Source: an uncultured Bacilli bacterium (lineage in GTDB: Bacteria > Bacillota_I > Bacilli_A > RF39 > UBA660). Taken from it: DNA of 64,000 nucleotides. This document shows, one piece after another, positions 47,260 to 56,863 of this stretch; within the stretch, counting starts at the first letter, position 1; the number at the start of each line of letters is the position of its first letter. The DNA is taken from positions 37,460 to 101,459 of the forward strand of contig CALVSO010000001.1 in NCBI GenBank assembly GCA_944359055.1. The letters run 5' to 3'. The notes under the pieces were generated by a model. That model had not been told where the DNA came from, did no database searches, and saw nothing but the letters and a program-made list of their open reading frames with translations. Both the position numbers and the translations under genes were made by a program.

Positions 47260-48858
47260 ATGTCAAGATTTATTTTTGTGACAGGTGGAGTTGTGTCAGG
47301 ATTGGGTAAAGGTATAACAGCTTCCAGTATTGCTTTATTGTTAAAAGCGAGAGGGTATAAGGTTTTTATGCAAAAATTTGATCCTTATATTAATGTTGAT
47401 CCAGGTACTATGTCCCCTTATCAACATGGAGAAGTTTTTGTAACTTATGATGGTGTGGAAACAGATTTAGATTTAGGCCATTATGAAAGATTTATTGATG
47501 AGGAATTAAATTATTCTTCTAATTGTACAACTGGTAAAATATTTTCTTCAGTCATAGAAAAAGAAAGAAGAGGAGATTATTTAGGTGCAACTGTACAATT
47601 TGTACCACATATTACAAATGAAATAAAAAATAAGATTTTTGAAGCTAGTTCTACTAGTAATGCGGATTTTGTTATAATAGAAATTGGTGGTACAATTGGT
47701 GATATTGAATCTCAAATATATTTAGAATCTTTAAGGCAATTAAGAAATGATTTAGGTAAACAAAAAACTTTATTTGTTCATACAACATTGATACCATATA
47801 TTTATGGTTCGAATGAATTAAAAACCAAACCAACTCAACATTCAGTAATTGAATTAAGAGGTTTGGGTGTTCAACCTGATGTAATAGTTTGTAGAACTCC
47901 TTTTAAATTGGATTTTGATATAAAAAAGAAATTAAGTTTATATTGCAGTGTGGATATTAACAATATTATTGATGCTGTTGATACTAAAAATATATATCAA
48001 ATACCTTTAAACTTTTATAATCAAAAATTAGATGAGGTTATTTTAAAACAATTTAATTTAGATATTAAAGAATCTAATATAAACTATTGGCAAAATTTAG
48101 TTAATAAAGTTGATAACTTAAAAGATGAAATAGAGATTGCTTTGGTTGGTAAATATGTTGAATTGCCTGATGCTTATATATCTGTTGTCGAAAGTTTAAA
48201 ACATGCAGGCTATAAATATGGTACAAAGATAAAAATTAATTGGGTTGATTCAGAAAAAATTAATGATTTAGATGAAACTTTTAAAAATAGTAAAGGTATT
48301 ATTGTACCAGGTGGATTTGGAAGTAGGGGAATAGAAGGAAAAATAAAAGCTATTCAATATGCTAGAGAAAATAATGTTCCATTTTTAGGGATTTGCTTAG
48401 GTATGCAATTAGCTTGTATCGAATTTGCTAGAAATGTATGTAAAATTGAAACTGCTAATTCAACTGAATTTGATGAATTTACTAATGATCCAATTATTGA
48501 TTTAATGAGTGATCAAAAACAAATAATCAATATTGGTGGTACTTTGAGATTAGGTAATTATGATTGTAAAATAAAAAAAGATACATTAGCTTATAAATTA
48601 TATAATAAAGAATATATTAAAGAAAGACATAGACATCGTTATGAGTTTAACAACACATATAAAAAAATACTAGAAAAAAATGGTTTTATTTTTTCTGGTA
48701 TTAATGAAAACTCTAATTTAGTTGAAATAGTTGAATATGAAAATCATCCTTTTTTCATAGCTTGTCAATTTCATCCTGAGTTTAAAAGTAGACCAACTAG
48801 ACCTCATCCACTATTCGATGGATTTATAAAAAGTAGTATTGAAAAAAGCGTTATTTAA
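47260..48858 (+). CDS. pyrG: CTP synthase
   Basis: MSRFIFVTGGVVSGLGKG N-terminus and C-terminal glutamine amidotransferase domain GICLGMQLACIEFARN (catalytic Cys). ATG at 47260 follows GGAGG. The track ORF starts at 47206. Confidence 0.95.
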   Translation: MSRFIFVTGGVVSGLGKGITASSIALLLKARGYKVFMQKFDPYINVDPGTMSPYQHGEVFVTYDGVETDLDLGHYERFIDEELNYSSNCTTGKIFSSVIEKERRGDYLGATVQFVPHITNEIKNKIFEASSTSNADFVIIEIGGTIGDIESQIYLESLRQLRNDLGKQKTLFVHTTLIPYIYGSNELKTKPTQHSVIELRGLGVQPDVIVCRTPFKLDFDIKKKLSLYCSVDINNIIDAVDTKNIYQIPLNFYNQKLDEVILKQFNLDIKESNINYWQNLVNKVDNLKDEIEIALVGKYVELPDAYISVVESLKHAGYKYGTKIKINWVDSEKINDLDETFKNSKGIIVPGGFGSRGIEGKIKAIQYARENNVPFLGICLGMQLACIEFARNVCKIETANSTEFDEFTNDPIIDLMSDQKQIINIGGTLRLGNYDCKIKKDTLAYKLYNKEYIKERHRHRYEFNNTYKKILEKNGFIFSGINENSNLVEIVEYENHPFFIACQFHPEFKSRPTRPHPLFDGFIKSSIEKSVI

Positions 48859-48864
48859 CGCTTT

Positions 48865-49413
48865 TTATATTAATCTAATTTCATTTTCATTAAAGAATGG
48901 TTTATCTTTATTTATTCTATCGTAAAATAATATTCCATTTAAATGATCTATCTCGTGTTGAAAGGCGATTGATAAGTCTTCTCTTGCTCTTACTTTTATT
49001 TTATTGCCATCGATATCGTATCCTTCAATTGTCACTCTTGCATATCTAGGAACATGTCCTTCAACTTCACGATTAACGGATAAACATCCCTCACCAACAT
49101 CAGCAGCTATCATTTCATTAGAATATGATACTATTTTAGGATTTACAAATACATATTCGTTAAATACACCTTCTTTTACTTCATGAACAATGATAATGAT
49201 TCTTTTATTTAGACCTAATTGAGGAAATGCCAATCCCATTCCTGGTCTTAAATCATATTTTTCTGCTAAAGTTTCTATTTGACTATAAGTTAATTCATCA
49301 ATTGCTCTTTTAATTAATTCTTTATCTTTTTCTGCTAAAGGAAATGTAGCATCTTTACTAATCATTCTTAATCTTTTATCTTTTTCATCTAATATATTTA
49401 ATTTTTTAAACAT
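48865..49413 (-). CDS. def: Peptide deformylase
   Basis: Motif 1 GLAFPQLG, motif 2 EGCLS, motif 3 HEIDHLNG. ATG at 49413 (minus strand) is preceded by GGGAG. The track ORF extends to 49449. Confidence 0.9.
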   Translation of the reverse strand: MFKKLNILDEKDKRLRMISKDATFPLAEKDKELIKRAIDELTYSQIETLAEKYDLRPGMGLAFPQLGLNKRIIIIVHEVKEGVFNEYVFVNPKIVSYSNEMIAADVGEGCLSVNREVEGHVPRYARVTIEGYDIDGNKIKVRAREDLSIAFQHEIDHLNGILFYDRINKDKPFFNENEIRLI

Positions 49414-49480
49414 AAGAATCAACTCCCACAACAACGAATATTTTACCACATTTTATAAAAAAAGCAAAATAAAAGGAAGA

Positions 49481-49663
49481 TTATCTTCCTTGGCAAGGTG
49501 ATTGAGTGTGACAACCGCAGTTGTTTTCGAATGCTCTAGCACCTATAATTATTACTAATAAAATAAATAAAACTAAAATGATAGCAGCTCCGTAACCAGA
49601 ACCATTTCCATAACCGTATGGTTGACCGTAACCATAACCGCTATATCCTCCGTAGTAATACAT
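49481..49663 (-). CDS. YjcZ-like small Gly/Tyr-rich membrane protein with a Cys-rich C-terminal extension
   Basis: MYYYGGYSGYGYGQPYGYGNGSGYGAAIILVLFILLVIIIGARAF resembles the YjcZ-family sporulation proteins (GY-rich N-terminus plus hydrophobic helix). The extra tail ENNCGCHTQSPCQGR has four Cys. Confidence 0.5.
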   Translation of the reverse strand: MYYYGGYSGYGYGQPYGYGNGSGYGAAIILVLFILLVIIIGARAFENNCGCHTQSPCQGR

Positions 49664-49790
49664 ACTTATTACCTCCTTCTAGCTAATATATTTTATTAAT
49701 ATATGTATAAATTGTTCATTTAAAACACCTAAATTTCTTTTTTTGTATTTTCAAATTAATAAATATGTGATATCATATTATAAGGTGGAA

Positions 49791-50972
49791 GGTATGAAAA
49801 AGTTTTTAAAAAACCTTAAAGATTTATTTAGTAAAATGGATAGATCATTATTTATTATTACTATTTTATTTTTCTTATTTGGTTTATTAAATATAGTTAC
49901 TGCATCTAGTCGTGAGGCTGTTGTAAGATATGAATTATCAACTTATCATTACTTTTTTAAACAATCACAAATGTTGATAGCTGGACTTATAGGGTCATAT
50001 ATTATTTTAAATCTAAAAACCAAAGCATATAAAGATTTAGTTTGGTTAGCGTACATCTTTGTTTTAGGATTAGTTATCCTTTTATTTCCATTTGGTAAAG
50101 AAGTAAATGGCGCTACTAACTGGTTACCTATACCAGGATTTGGAACATTACAACCTAGTGAATTTGCTAAACCAGTAATGATTGTTTTATTTGCTATTAT
50201 GTTTGAAAAATATTATCGTATTTTAAATTCTGATAACCCTAAAAGATGGTCTAAAATAGGTTTGATATTAATAGTAGCATTAATAATTCCTCTTTTAACT
50301 TTTGTTCAAAAGGATTTAGGTGGAGCACTTATAATGTTAGGTATATTTGGCGTTATGTTTTTAGCAAGTCCAATAAGAAGAATTGATAAATTAAAAACTA
50401 TAGGATTAGGCGTTGGTGTGTTGATTGTTATGATGTCTATCATAGTATTAAGACAGGGTTATTTATTAAGTGATACTCAGATGGCGAGATTTGATTTCTT
50501 TAATCCTTGTTCAAAATATGAAACAACAGGTTATCAAATATGTAATGGTTTTATAGCTTTAAATGATGGTGGCTTATTTGGCTTAGGTATTGGTAAAAGT
50601 AAGCAAAAATATTCTTATATCCCAGAACCACATACAGATAGTATATTTGCTATTATAGGCGAAGAATATGGAGCTATAAAATGTAGTTTTATCTTTTTAA
50701 CTTATATATTTGTTTTATTTAGAATTCTTAAGATTTCTACTAATGCAACCACATTAAGAGGTAGATATATTTGTTTAGGAATGGCTACTTATATATTTAT
50801 GCATATATTTATTAATTTAGGTGGCTTATTTGGTATAATACCTTTAACAGGGGTACCTTTACCATTTCTATCTTATGGTGGAACATTTGCAATCAGTTTA
50901 ATGTGTTCTTTAGCAGTTGTTCAAAGAGTACATATTGAAACAAAATTAGAAAAATTTAAATTAAATCATTGA
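49791..50972 (+). CDS. ftsW: SEDS-family peptidoglycan glycosyltransferase (FtsW/RodA/SpoVE)
   Basis: About 10 TM helices and conserved NWLPIPGFGTLQPSEFAKP plus C-terminal PLTGVPLPFLSYGGT. ATG at 49791 follows GGTGGAAGG. Confidence 0.85.
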   Translation, partial: GMKKFLKNLKDLFSKMDRSLFIITILFFLFGLLNIVTASSREAVVRYELSTYHYFFKQSQMLIAGLIGSYIILNLKTKAYKDLVWLAYIFVLGLVILLFPFGKEVNGATNWLPIPGFGTLQPSEFAKPVMIVLFAIMFEKYYRILNSDNPKRWSKIGLILIVALIIPLLTFVQKDLGGALIMLGIFGVMFLASPIRRIDKLKTIGLGVGVLIVMMSIIVLRQGYLLSDTQMARFDFFNPCSKYETTGYQICNGFIALNDGGLFGLGIGKSKQKYSYIPEPHTDSIFAIIGEEYGAIKCSFIFLTYIFVLFRILKISTNATTLRGRYICLGMATYIFMHIFINLGGLFGIIPLTGVPLPFLSYGGTFAISLMCSLAVVQRVHIETKLEKFKLNH

Positions 50973-51051
50973 AATGACAAAATTTTGATGATTTTTTTTT
51001 TATAATTTAAATAGAGGTGATACATATACGAAAATATACTTAGATTTAATA

Positions 51052-51795
51052 ATGATTTTAAATTTTGTATTTGATTTTTTGTTATTATTATCTATTTCGA
51101 TATTACTTAGAAGAAATGTAAGTATTTATAAAATAATAGGTGGTGCTTTTATTGGTGGTATTAGTATACTATTTTTATTTATTAGTAACTCTTTATTATT
51201 ATTTATATATAAAGTATTAATGAGTATTGTTATGGTTATTGTTAGCTTTGGTTATAAAGATATAAAATATACTTTAAAAAACATTTTATATTTATATATG
51301 ACTAGTATTGTTTTAGGCGGCTTTTTGTATTTTTTAAATGTTGAATTTTCATATAAACAATATGGCATTATTTTCATAAATAATGGCTTGTCAATTAATT
51401 TTATATTTTTAATCATATTTAGTCCAATTATTATATATATTTATATTAAACAAGGATTATGGTTAAAAAATAATTATAGTAATTATTATAAAATAAGTAT
51501 TTACTATAATAATAAAAAGTATTTATTTAATTCATTTTTAGATACAGGTAATAATTTAGTTACACCTATAACAAACAAACCGGTTATACTAATAGATAAA
51601 GAAATAAAACTAGATAATTTTTTTTATATTCCTTATAAATGTGTCAAAGGAGATGGATTAATTAAATGCTTTAAAGTAGATAAAATAGAGATAGAAGGAA
51701 TGATTAAAAAGAACGTAATTGTAGGTATTTTAAAAGATAAAATTAAAATAGATGGCGTTGATTGCTTATTAAATAAAAAAATATTGGAGGGATAA
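51052..51795 (+). CDS. spoIIGA: Sporulation sigma-E processing peptidase SpoIIGA. The true start may be a non-ATG codon about 18-21 nt upstream.
   Basis: N-terminal polytopic membrane domain and C-terminal aspartic-protease motif FLDTGNNLVTP (D-S/T-G-N). The in-frame upstream translation KIYLDLIM precedes the track ATG and mirrors the usual SpoIIGA N-terminus (M-x-IYLD...), with RBS AGAGGTGA at 51013-51020. Confidence 0.8.
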   Translation: MILNFVFDFLLLLSISILLRRNVSIYKIIGGAFIGGISILFLFISNSLLLFIYKVLMSIVMVIVSFGYKDIKYTLKNILYLYMTSIVLGGFLYFLNVEFSYKQYGIIFINNGLSINFIFLIIFSPIIIYIYIKQGLWLKNNYSNYYKISIYYNNKKYLFNSFLDTGNNLVTPITNKPVILIDKEIKLDNFFYIPYKCVKGDGLIKCFKVDKIEIEGMIKKNVIVGILKDKIKIDGVDCLLNKKILEG

Positions 51796-51796
51796 A

Positions 51797-52480
51797 ATGT
51801 TAACAAAATTAAAGAATTTAATTATAAAATTATTTACACAAGAAATTTTTTATGTTGGTAGTGCTGATAAATTACCAGCTCCTTTATCAAAAGAAGAAGA
51901 AATATTATATGTTACAAAATCGATGGAAGGGGACGAAGTTGCTCGTGCTAAATTAATTGAACATAATTTAAGATTAGTAGTTTTTTTAGCTAAAAAATAT
52001 GAAAATACAAAAGTCGATTTAGAAGATTTGGTAAGCATTGGAACAATTGGTTTAATTAAAGGAGTTAATACTTATAAACTAGATAAAAATATAAAACTCG
52101 CAACTTATGCATCTCGTTGTATTGATAATGAAATATTGATGTTTTTAAGAAAAAATAAAAAAAGAAAAGGAGAAGTTAGCTTTGAAGATAGTTTAAGTTA
52201 TGATTCTGAAGGAAATGAATTACATTTAGAAGATATTCTAGGAACAGAACCTGATATTGTGACTAAAGGATTGGAAGAAGAAACCAATAGAAAATTATTA
52301 TATGAAGAAATAAATAATTTAAATAAAAGAGATAAAGAAATAATGATTTTGCGATATGGCTTATATAATAATGAAGAAAAAACACAAAAAGATGTAGCGG
52401 AATTACTTGGTATATCGCAATCATATATTTCAAGAATTGAGAAAAAAGTAATTAGAAGACTTAAAAGAATGCAACATTAA
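51797..52480 (+). CDS. sigE: RNA polymerase sporulation sigma factor sigma-E (pro-sigma-E)
   Basis: Immediately downstream of spoIIGA. N-terminal pro-sequence, region 2 LIEHNLRLVVFLAKKY...LVSIGTIGLIKGVNTY and region 4 DVAELLGISQSYISRIEKKVIRRL. Confidence 0.85.
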   Translation: MLTKLKNLIIKLFTQEIFYVGSADKLPAPLSKEEEILYVTKSMEGDEVARAKLIEHNLRLVVFLAKKYENTKVDLEDLVSIGTIGLIKGVNTYKLDKNIKLATYASRCIDNEILMFLRKNKKRKGEVSFEDSLSYDSEGNELHLEDILGTEPDIVTKGLEEETNRKLLYEEINNLNKRDKEIMILRYGLYNNEEKTQKDVAELLGISQSYISRIEKKVIRRLKRMQH

Positions 52481-52490
52481 GTCTTTTTGC
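52455..52490 (+). terminator. Rho-independent terminator overlapping the sigE stop
   Basis: AAGACTTAA-aagaatgcaaca-TTAAGTCTT followed by TTTTG. Confidence 0.55.
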
Positions 52491-52535
52491 GATATTATAT
52501 AATAAGAATAGTCAATTTGACTTTTATCAAATATT

Positions 52536-53177
52536 TTGGTAGAATTATCAAACACGAAAGGAGTTGGTATTTTGAATATAGATGACTTTGACTCGATTAT
52601 GAAAAAGTATACTTTAGCAAAAGAAAAAATTGAAAATGAATTAAAGATTATGATGAATAATTTTATAAATAAATATAATTATAATCCAATAGAACATTAT
52701 AAAAGTAGAATAAAAAGTAAAGAAAGTATTGTTAATAAACTAAGAAAGAAAAATTTAGATGTTAATGTTGAAAATATGATTAATAACATAAGAGATGTTG
52801 TAGGGGTTAGATTAGTATGTTCTTTTTTAACTGATATTTATGATATTGTAAGTTTAATTTCTAATATTCCAGACATAAATATTATTGAAAGAAAAGATTA
52901 TATAAGCAATCCAATGGATAATGGGTATACAAGTTATCATTTAATTGTGTCAGTACCTATCAAATATAATAATATAAAGGAATATGTTAATGTAGAAATA
53001 CAGATAAGAACAGTAGCTCAAGATTTCTGGGCATCTTTAAATCATAAAATTCAATATAAGCATGAAGAAAATGTTCCAGATAATATAAAAGAGGAAATGT
53101 ATGAATATTCTATGATTATAAATCAATTAGATAGAAAAATGGTTAATTTAAATAAAGTAGTTAATGGTGGTAAGTAA
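52536..53177 (+). CDS. relQ: Small alarmone synthetase (RelQ/RelP-type GTP pyrophosphokinase)
   Basis: Synthetase-domain motifs DVVGVRLVCSF, YTSYHLIV and EIQIRTVAQDFWASLNHKIQYK. About 200 aa, typical of single-domain SAS. The start may instead be the in-frame TTG at 52571 (L13) or ATG at 52599 (M22), both downstream of RBS AAAGGAG. Confidence 0.8.
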   Translation: MVELSNTKGVGILNIDDFDSIMKKYTLAKEKIENELKIMMNNFINKYNYNPIEHYKSRIKSKESIVNKLRKKNLDVNVENMINNIRDVVGVRLVCSFLTDIYDIVSLISNIPDINIIERKDYISNPMDNGYTSYHLIVSVPIKYNNIKEYVNVEIQIRTVAQDFWASLNHKIQYKHEENVPDNIKEEMYEYSMIINQLDRKMVNLNKVVNGGK

Positions 53178-53179
53178 TT

Positions 53180-53902
53180 ATGAATGTAGTAGAAAAATCT
53201 TTAAAATTTGCTGTTTTGGCTCATAAAAATCAAGTAAGAAAAGCGGAAAAAGAAAAGCCTTATATTATTCATCCAATCGATGTATCTAATATATTGAAAG
53301 AATATGGATGTAATGATAATTTAATTTCGGCTGGCTTGCTACATGATATTTTAGAAGATACAGATTATGATTTTGATTTTATTAAACAAGAATTTGGTGA
53401 AGATATTGCTAATCTTGTTAATTCGGCAACAGAACAAAATAAAAACGAATCTTGGGAAAAAAGAAAACAAGCAACAATTAATAAAATTAAAAATATGTCT
53501 TTAGAACAAAAAATATTATTATGTGCTGATAAATTAAGTAATCTAGAAGATATGTATATTTTATTTAATATTAAAGGCAAAAAAGATTTTTCTTCATTTA
53601 ATAGAAGTGAACAACAACAAAAATGGTATTATGATAATTTATATAATAGCTTTATATTTAATGGTAATCACGAAATTTTTGATAGATTAAAAAATTTAAT
53701 TAATAAAGTTTTTGTGGAAGAATTTATTCCTAACAAAGATAATTTTTTAAAAAAAGATGTAATAAAATTAAGTAAATATTTTAATGATAAAATTAATTTT
53801 GATAATAAAATTGAAATATATAATAAAGACAAATTAATAATTATTTTTGATGATTTAGATAGTACAAAAAAATATTATATCGAAAAATACAAAAATATTT
53901 AA
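53180..53902 (+). CDS. Standalone HD-domain hydrolase (RelA/SpoT-type (p)ppGpp hydrolase domain; small alarmone hydrolase candidate)
   Basis: YIIHPIDVSNILKEYGCNDNLISAGLLHDILEDTD matches the HD motif of RSH hydrolase domains (H...HD...D). No synthetase or TGS/ACT domains. It starts 3 nt after the SAS stop. Confidence 0.7.
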   Translation: MNVVEKSLKFAVLAHKNQVRKAEKEKPYIIHPIDVSNILKEYGCNDNLISAGLLHDILEDTDYDFDFIKQEFGEDIANLVNSATEQNKNESWEKRKQATINKIKNMSLEQKILLCADKLSNLEDMYILFNIKGKKDFSSFNRSEQQQKWYYDNLYNSFIFNGNHEIFDRLKNLINKVFVEEFIPNKDNFLKKDVIKLSKYFNDKINFDNKIEIYNKDKLIIIFDDLDSTKKYYIEKYKNI

Positions 53903-53928
53903 TTGTCTTTTTTGTTACAAAAAAAATC

Positions 53929-53957
53929 TTGACATACTATAAATAATAGTGTATAAA
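53929..53957 (+). promoter_or_regulatory. Sigma-A-type promoter upstream of topA
   Basis: TTGACA (53929-53934), 17-nt spacer, TATAAA (53952-53957). Confidence 0.5.
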
Positions 53958-53979
53958 TTATATTCGAGGAGTGATAATA

Positions 53980-56001
53980 TTGAAATTAGTTATTGTTGAG
54001 TCCCCAAGTAAAAGTAAAACAATTGAAAAATACCTAGGTAAAGATTATGAAGTTTTATCTAGTAAAGGACATATAAGAGACTTATCTACTAAAGGTAAAT
54101 ATGGTTTAGGTGTCGATTTAGAAAATGATTTTAAACCTGATTATGTTACTATTAAAGGTAAATCTAAATTAATTAATGATTTAAAAAAAGAAGTTAAAAA
54201 AGCAGATTTTGTTTATCTTGCAACCGATCCCGATCGTGAAGGAGAAGCCATTTCTTGGCATTTATTTGATACTTTAAATCTTAAAGATGAAAATTATCAA
54301 AGAATAGTATTTAATGAAATAACTAAAGATGCGGTTATTAACTCATTTAAACATGCTAGAAAAATAGATCAAGATTTAGTTAATAGTCAAGAAACAAGAA
54401 GAATACTAGATCGAATAATAGGTTTTAGATTGAGTAAGTTAATGCAAGCTAAAACTGATGGAACTTCAGCTGGTAGAGTACAAAGCGTTGCTTTAAAATT
54501 AATTGTTGATAGAGAACGAGAAATAAATAAATTTAATCCTGAAGAATACTGGACAATTACAGGCATTTTTAAAGATTTTGAAGCTGATTTATTTAATTAT
54601 AATAATAAAGAAATAAAAATACCTAATGAAGCAAAAGCTAATGAAATATTAAATGAATTAAGTAATACATTTAAAATAGTTAGTGTTGATAAGAAGAATA
54701 AAAATAAAAAATCTAATCCACCATTTATTACAAGTACTTTACAGAGATTAGCATCAACTAAATTAGGCTTTAATGCAAAAAAAACAATGTCTTTAGCGCA
54801 AAAATTATATGAAGGAATCGAACTTAAAGATGAAACTGTCGGACTTATTTCTTATATGAGAACAGATTCAGTAAGATTATCTGATGAGTTCATCAAATCT
54901 ACTTATGGTTATATTAAAAATAAATTTGGTGAAGAATATATTGGATATGTTAAAGTTAGCAAAAAGACAGAAAATGTTCAAGATGCTCATGAAGCGATTA
55001 GACCAACTAGTATCAATAGAACTCCTGAATCAGTTAAACCTTATTTATCTAATGATGAATATAAATTATATAAAATGATTTATTATCGTGCTTTAGCTAG
55101 TTTAATGAAAGATGCTACTACTATCAATACTACAGTAATTTTAGATAACAATAATTATCAGTTTAAAGCTACTGGCCAAATTATTAGTTTTGATGGTTAT
55201 TTAAAAGTGTATAATGAATATGAAGAAACTAAAGATAAAAATTTACCACCTTTAGAAACTTATAATTCTAATGTGTTAGTGTCTAATGAAATAACTAAAG
55301 AGCAACACTTTACAAAACCTCCAAGTAGATATACAGAAGCAAAATTGATTGAAGAAATGGAAAAATTAGGTATTGGTAGACCTAGTACATATGCTACAAC
55401 AATGGAAACTTTAAAACAAAGAAATTATGTTACTATTGAAGACAAAAAATTTATTCCAACTGAAATTGGTATCGAAATAACTGATAAATTACAAGAATGT
55501 TTTAGCCATTTGATTAATGTCGAATATACAGCTAATATGGAAAATGATTTAGATAAAATAGCTGAAGGAAAAGAAAATTGGGTTAAAACTTTAAGAGAGT
55601 TTTATAATGATTTTGAACCTGCTTTAAAAAATGCTTTTGATTTATTGCCTAAAAAAGAAGCTACTAAAACAGGTGAGGTATGCCCTGAATGTGGTAGTGA
55701 TTTGGTTATTAGAAAAGGAAAATATGGTGAATTTACAGCTTGTAGTAATTACCCTAATTGTAAATATATAAAACCAAGTGAGGTAAAAGAAATTATTGAT
55801 TGCCCTAATTGTGATGGTAAAATAATTGAGAAAAAAAGTAAAAAAGGAAAAGTATTTTATGGATGTAATAATTTTCCTAAATGTAAAACTGCTTTTTGGG
55901 ATAAACCAATAGATGAAAAATGTCCTAATTGTAATAATCTATTAACAGTTAAAGGTAAAAAGATAAAATGCTCTAGTTGTGATTATGTTAAAGAAGATTA
56001 A
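53980..56001 (+). CDS. topA: DNA topoisomerase I with C-terminal zinc ribbons
   Basis: Toprim LVIVESPSKSKTI...DPDREGE, and the active-site Tyr region. Three C-terminal C4 zinc ribbons (CPECGSDL, CPNCDG, CPNCNN). The likely start is TTG 53980, 9 nt after GAGGAG. The track ORF starts at GTG 53971. Confidence 0.9.
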   Translation: MKLVIVESPSKSKTIEKYLGKDYEVLSSKGHIRDLSTKGKYGLGVDLENDFKPDYVTIKGKSKLINDLKKEVKKADFVYLATDPDREGEAISWHLFDTLNLKDENYQRIVFNEITKDAVINSFKHARKIDQDLVNSQETRRILDRIIGFRLSKLMQAKTDGTSAGRVQSVALKLIVDREREINKFNPEEYWTITGIFKDFEADLFNYNNKEIKIPNEAKANEILNELSNTFKIVSVDKKNKNKKSNPPFITSTLQRLASTKLGFNAKKTMSLAQKLYEGIELKDETVGLISYMRTDSVRLSDEFIKSTYGYIKNKFGEEYIGYVKVSKKTENVQDAHEAIRPTSINRTPESVKPYLSNDEYKLYKMIYYRALASLMKDATTINTTVILDNNNYQFKATGQIISFDGYLKVYNEYEETKDKNLPPLETYNSNVLVSNEITKEQHFTKPPSRYTEAKLIEEMEKLGIGRPSTYATTMETLKQRNYVTIEDKKFIPTEIGIEITDKLQECFSHLINVEYTANMENDLDKIAEGKENWVKTLREFYNDFEPALKNAFDLLPKKEATKTGEVCPECGSDLVIRKGKYGEFTACSNYPNCKYIKPSEVKEIIDCPNCDGKIIEKKSKKGKVFYGCNNFPKCKTAFWDKPIDEKCPNCNNLLTVKGKKIKCSSCDYVKED

Positions 56002-56062
56002 TTTCTTCTTTTTTTCTTGACTATATATTTTAATTTTTGTATACTTTTAGTAGGTGAGGAGT

Positions 56063-56863
56063 ATGGAAAGAACATTAAGTTTAGTATTAGATGATGAATG
56101 TAAAATAAGTTTAACGTTAATGAAAGATGATGCTGTTAAAATAGATGAATTTACTAGTAAAAAATTTGAAGATTCTGATCAAATAAGAGAACGTTTTAAA
56201 AAACAAATAGATGCTTTTTTAGAACAAAATAAAAATTATATTGATGGAATTACAAAAAAATCTGGGAAAAGATTTAGAGGTAGAATTGTTATATTAGAAG
56301 CAAGAAAAAATAATAATTCTATTGAATATATTGAAAAAAGAGTATTATACAAAAAACATTTAGTTGCTTTTAAAGAAATAATAAAAGATAGAGATACAAT
56401 GTTAAAATTTCTTCAGTTAGAAAAAATTGGTTATAGTGAACGCGGTTTTAGAAAATTAATTTCTCCATTTTTATGTAGAGAAATTAAATATGCAAATTAT
56501 AAAGTAGTAAGTCAAATTGATTTTTTAAGAAGAGAATTAAAAAAAGATAAAAACAATTTTTATGATATATTAAGAATTATTGTAAAAGCTTATGATATTG
56601 AAAGAAAAAAAAGAAATTTAAAAACTATTGATGCTATATATAAACAAAGCAAGACAAAAGTGGAGCATAAAAAATCAACTATTCCTTCTGCTACATCATC
56701 TTTTGAAAATAATAATGAGTCTGATTTTTATTATATTGATGGTATATCTTATCATGAAGATGAAATACCTTTTGACTTAGATGAATTAAGTAAAATGGAA
56801 GCTGATGGAATTATAATTGATAGAAAACCAGATGGATTAGGGTTAAATGAAAGAACTAGATAA
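56063..56863 (+). CDS. Hypothetical protein
   Basis: 266 aa, charged, no TM and no motifs. Preceded by promoter-like TTGACT-17-TATACT (56018-56046). Overlaps the xerC start by 17 nt. Confidence 0.4.
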   Translation: MERTLSLVLDDECKISLTLMKDDAVKIDEFTSKKFEDSDQIRERFKKQIDAFLEQNKNYIDGITKKSGKRFRGRIVILEARKNNNSIEYIEKRVLYKKHLVAFKEIIKDRDTMLKFLQLEKIGYSERGFRKLISPFLCREIKYANYKVVSQIDFLRRELKKDKNNFYDILRIIVKAYDIERKKRNLKTIDAIYKQSKTKVEHKKSTIPSATSSFENNNESDFYYIDGISYHEDEIPFDLDELSKMEADGIIIDRKPDGLGLNERTR

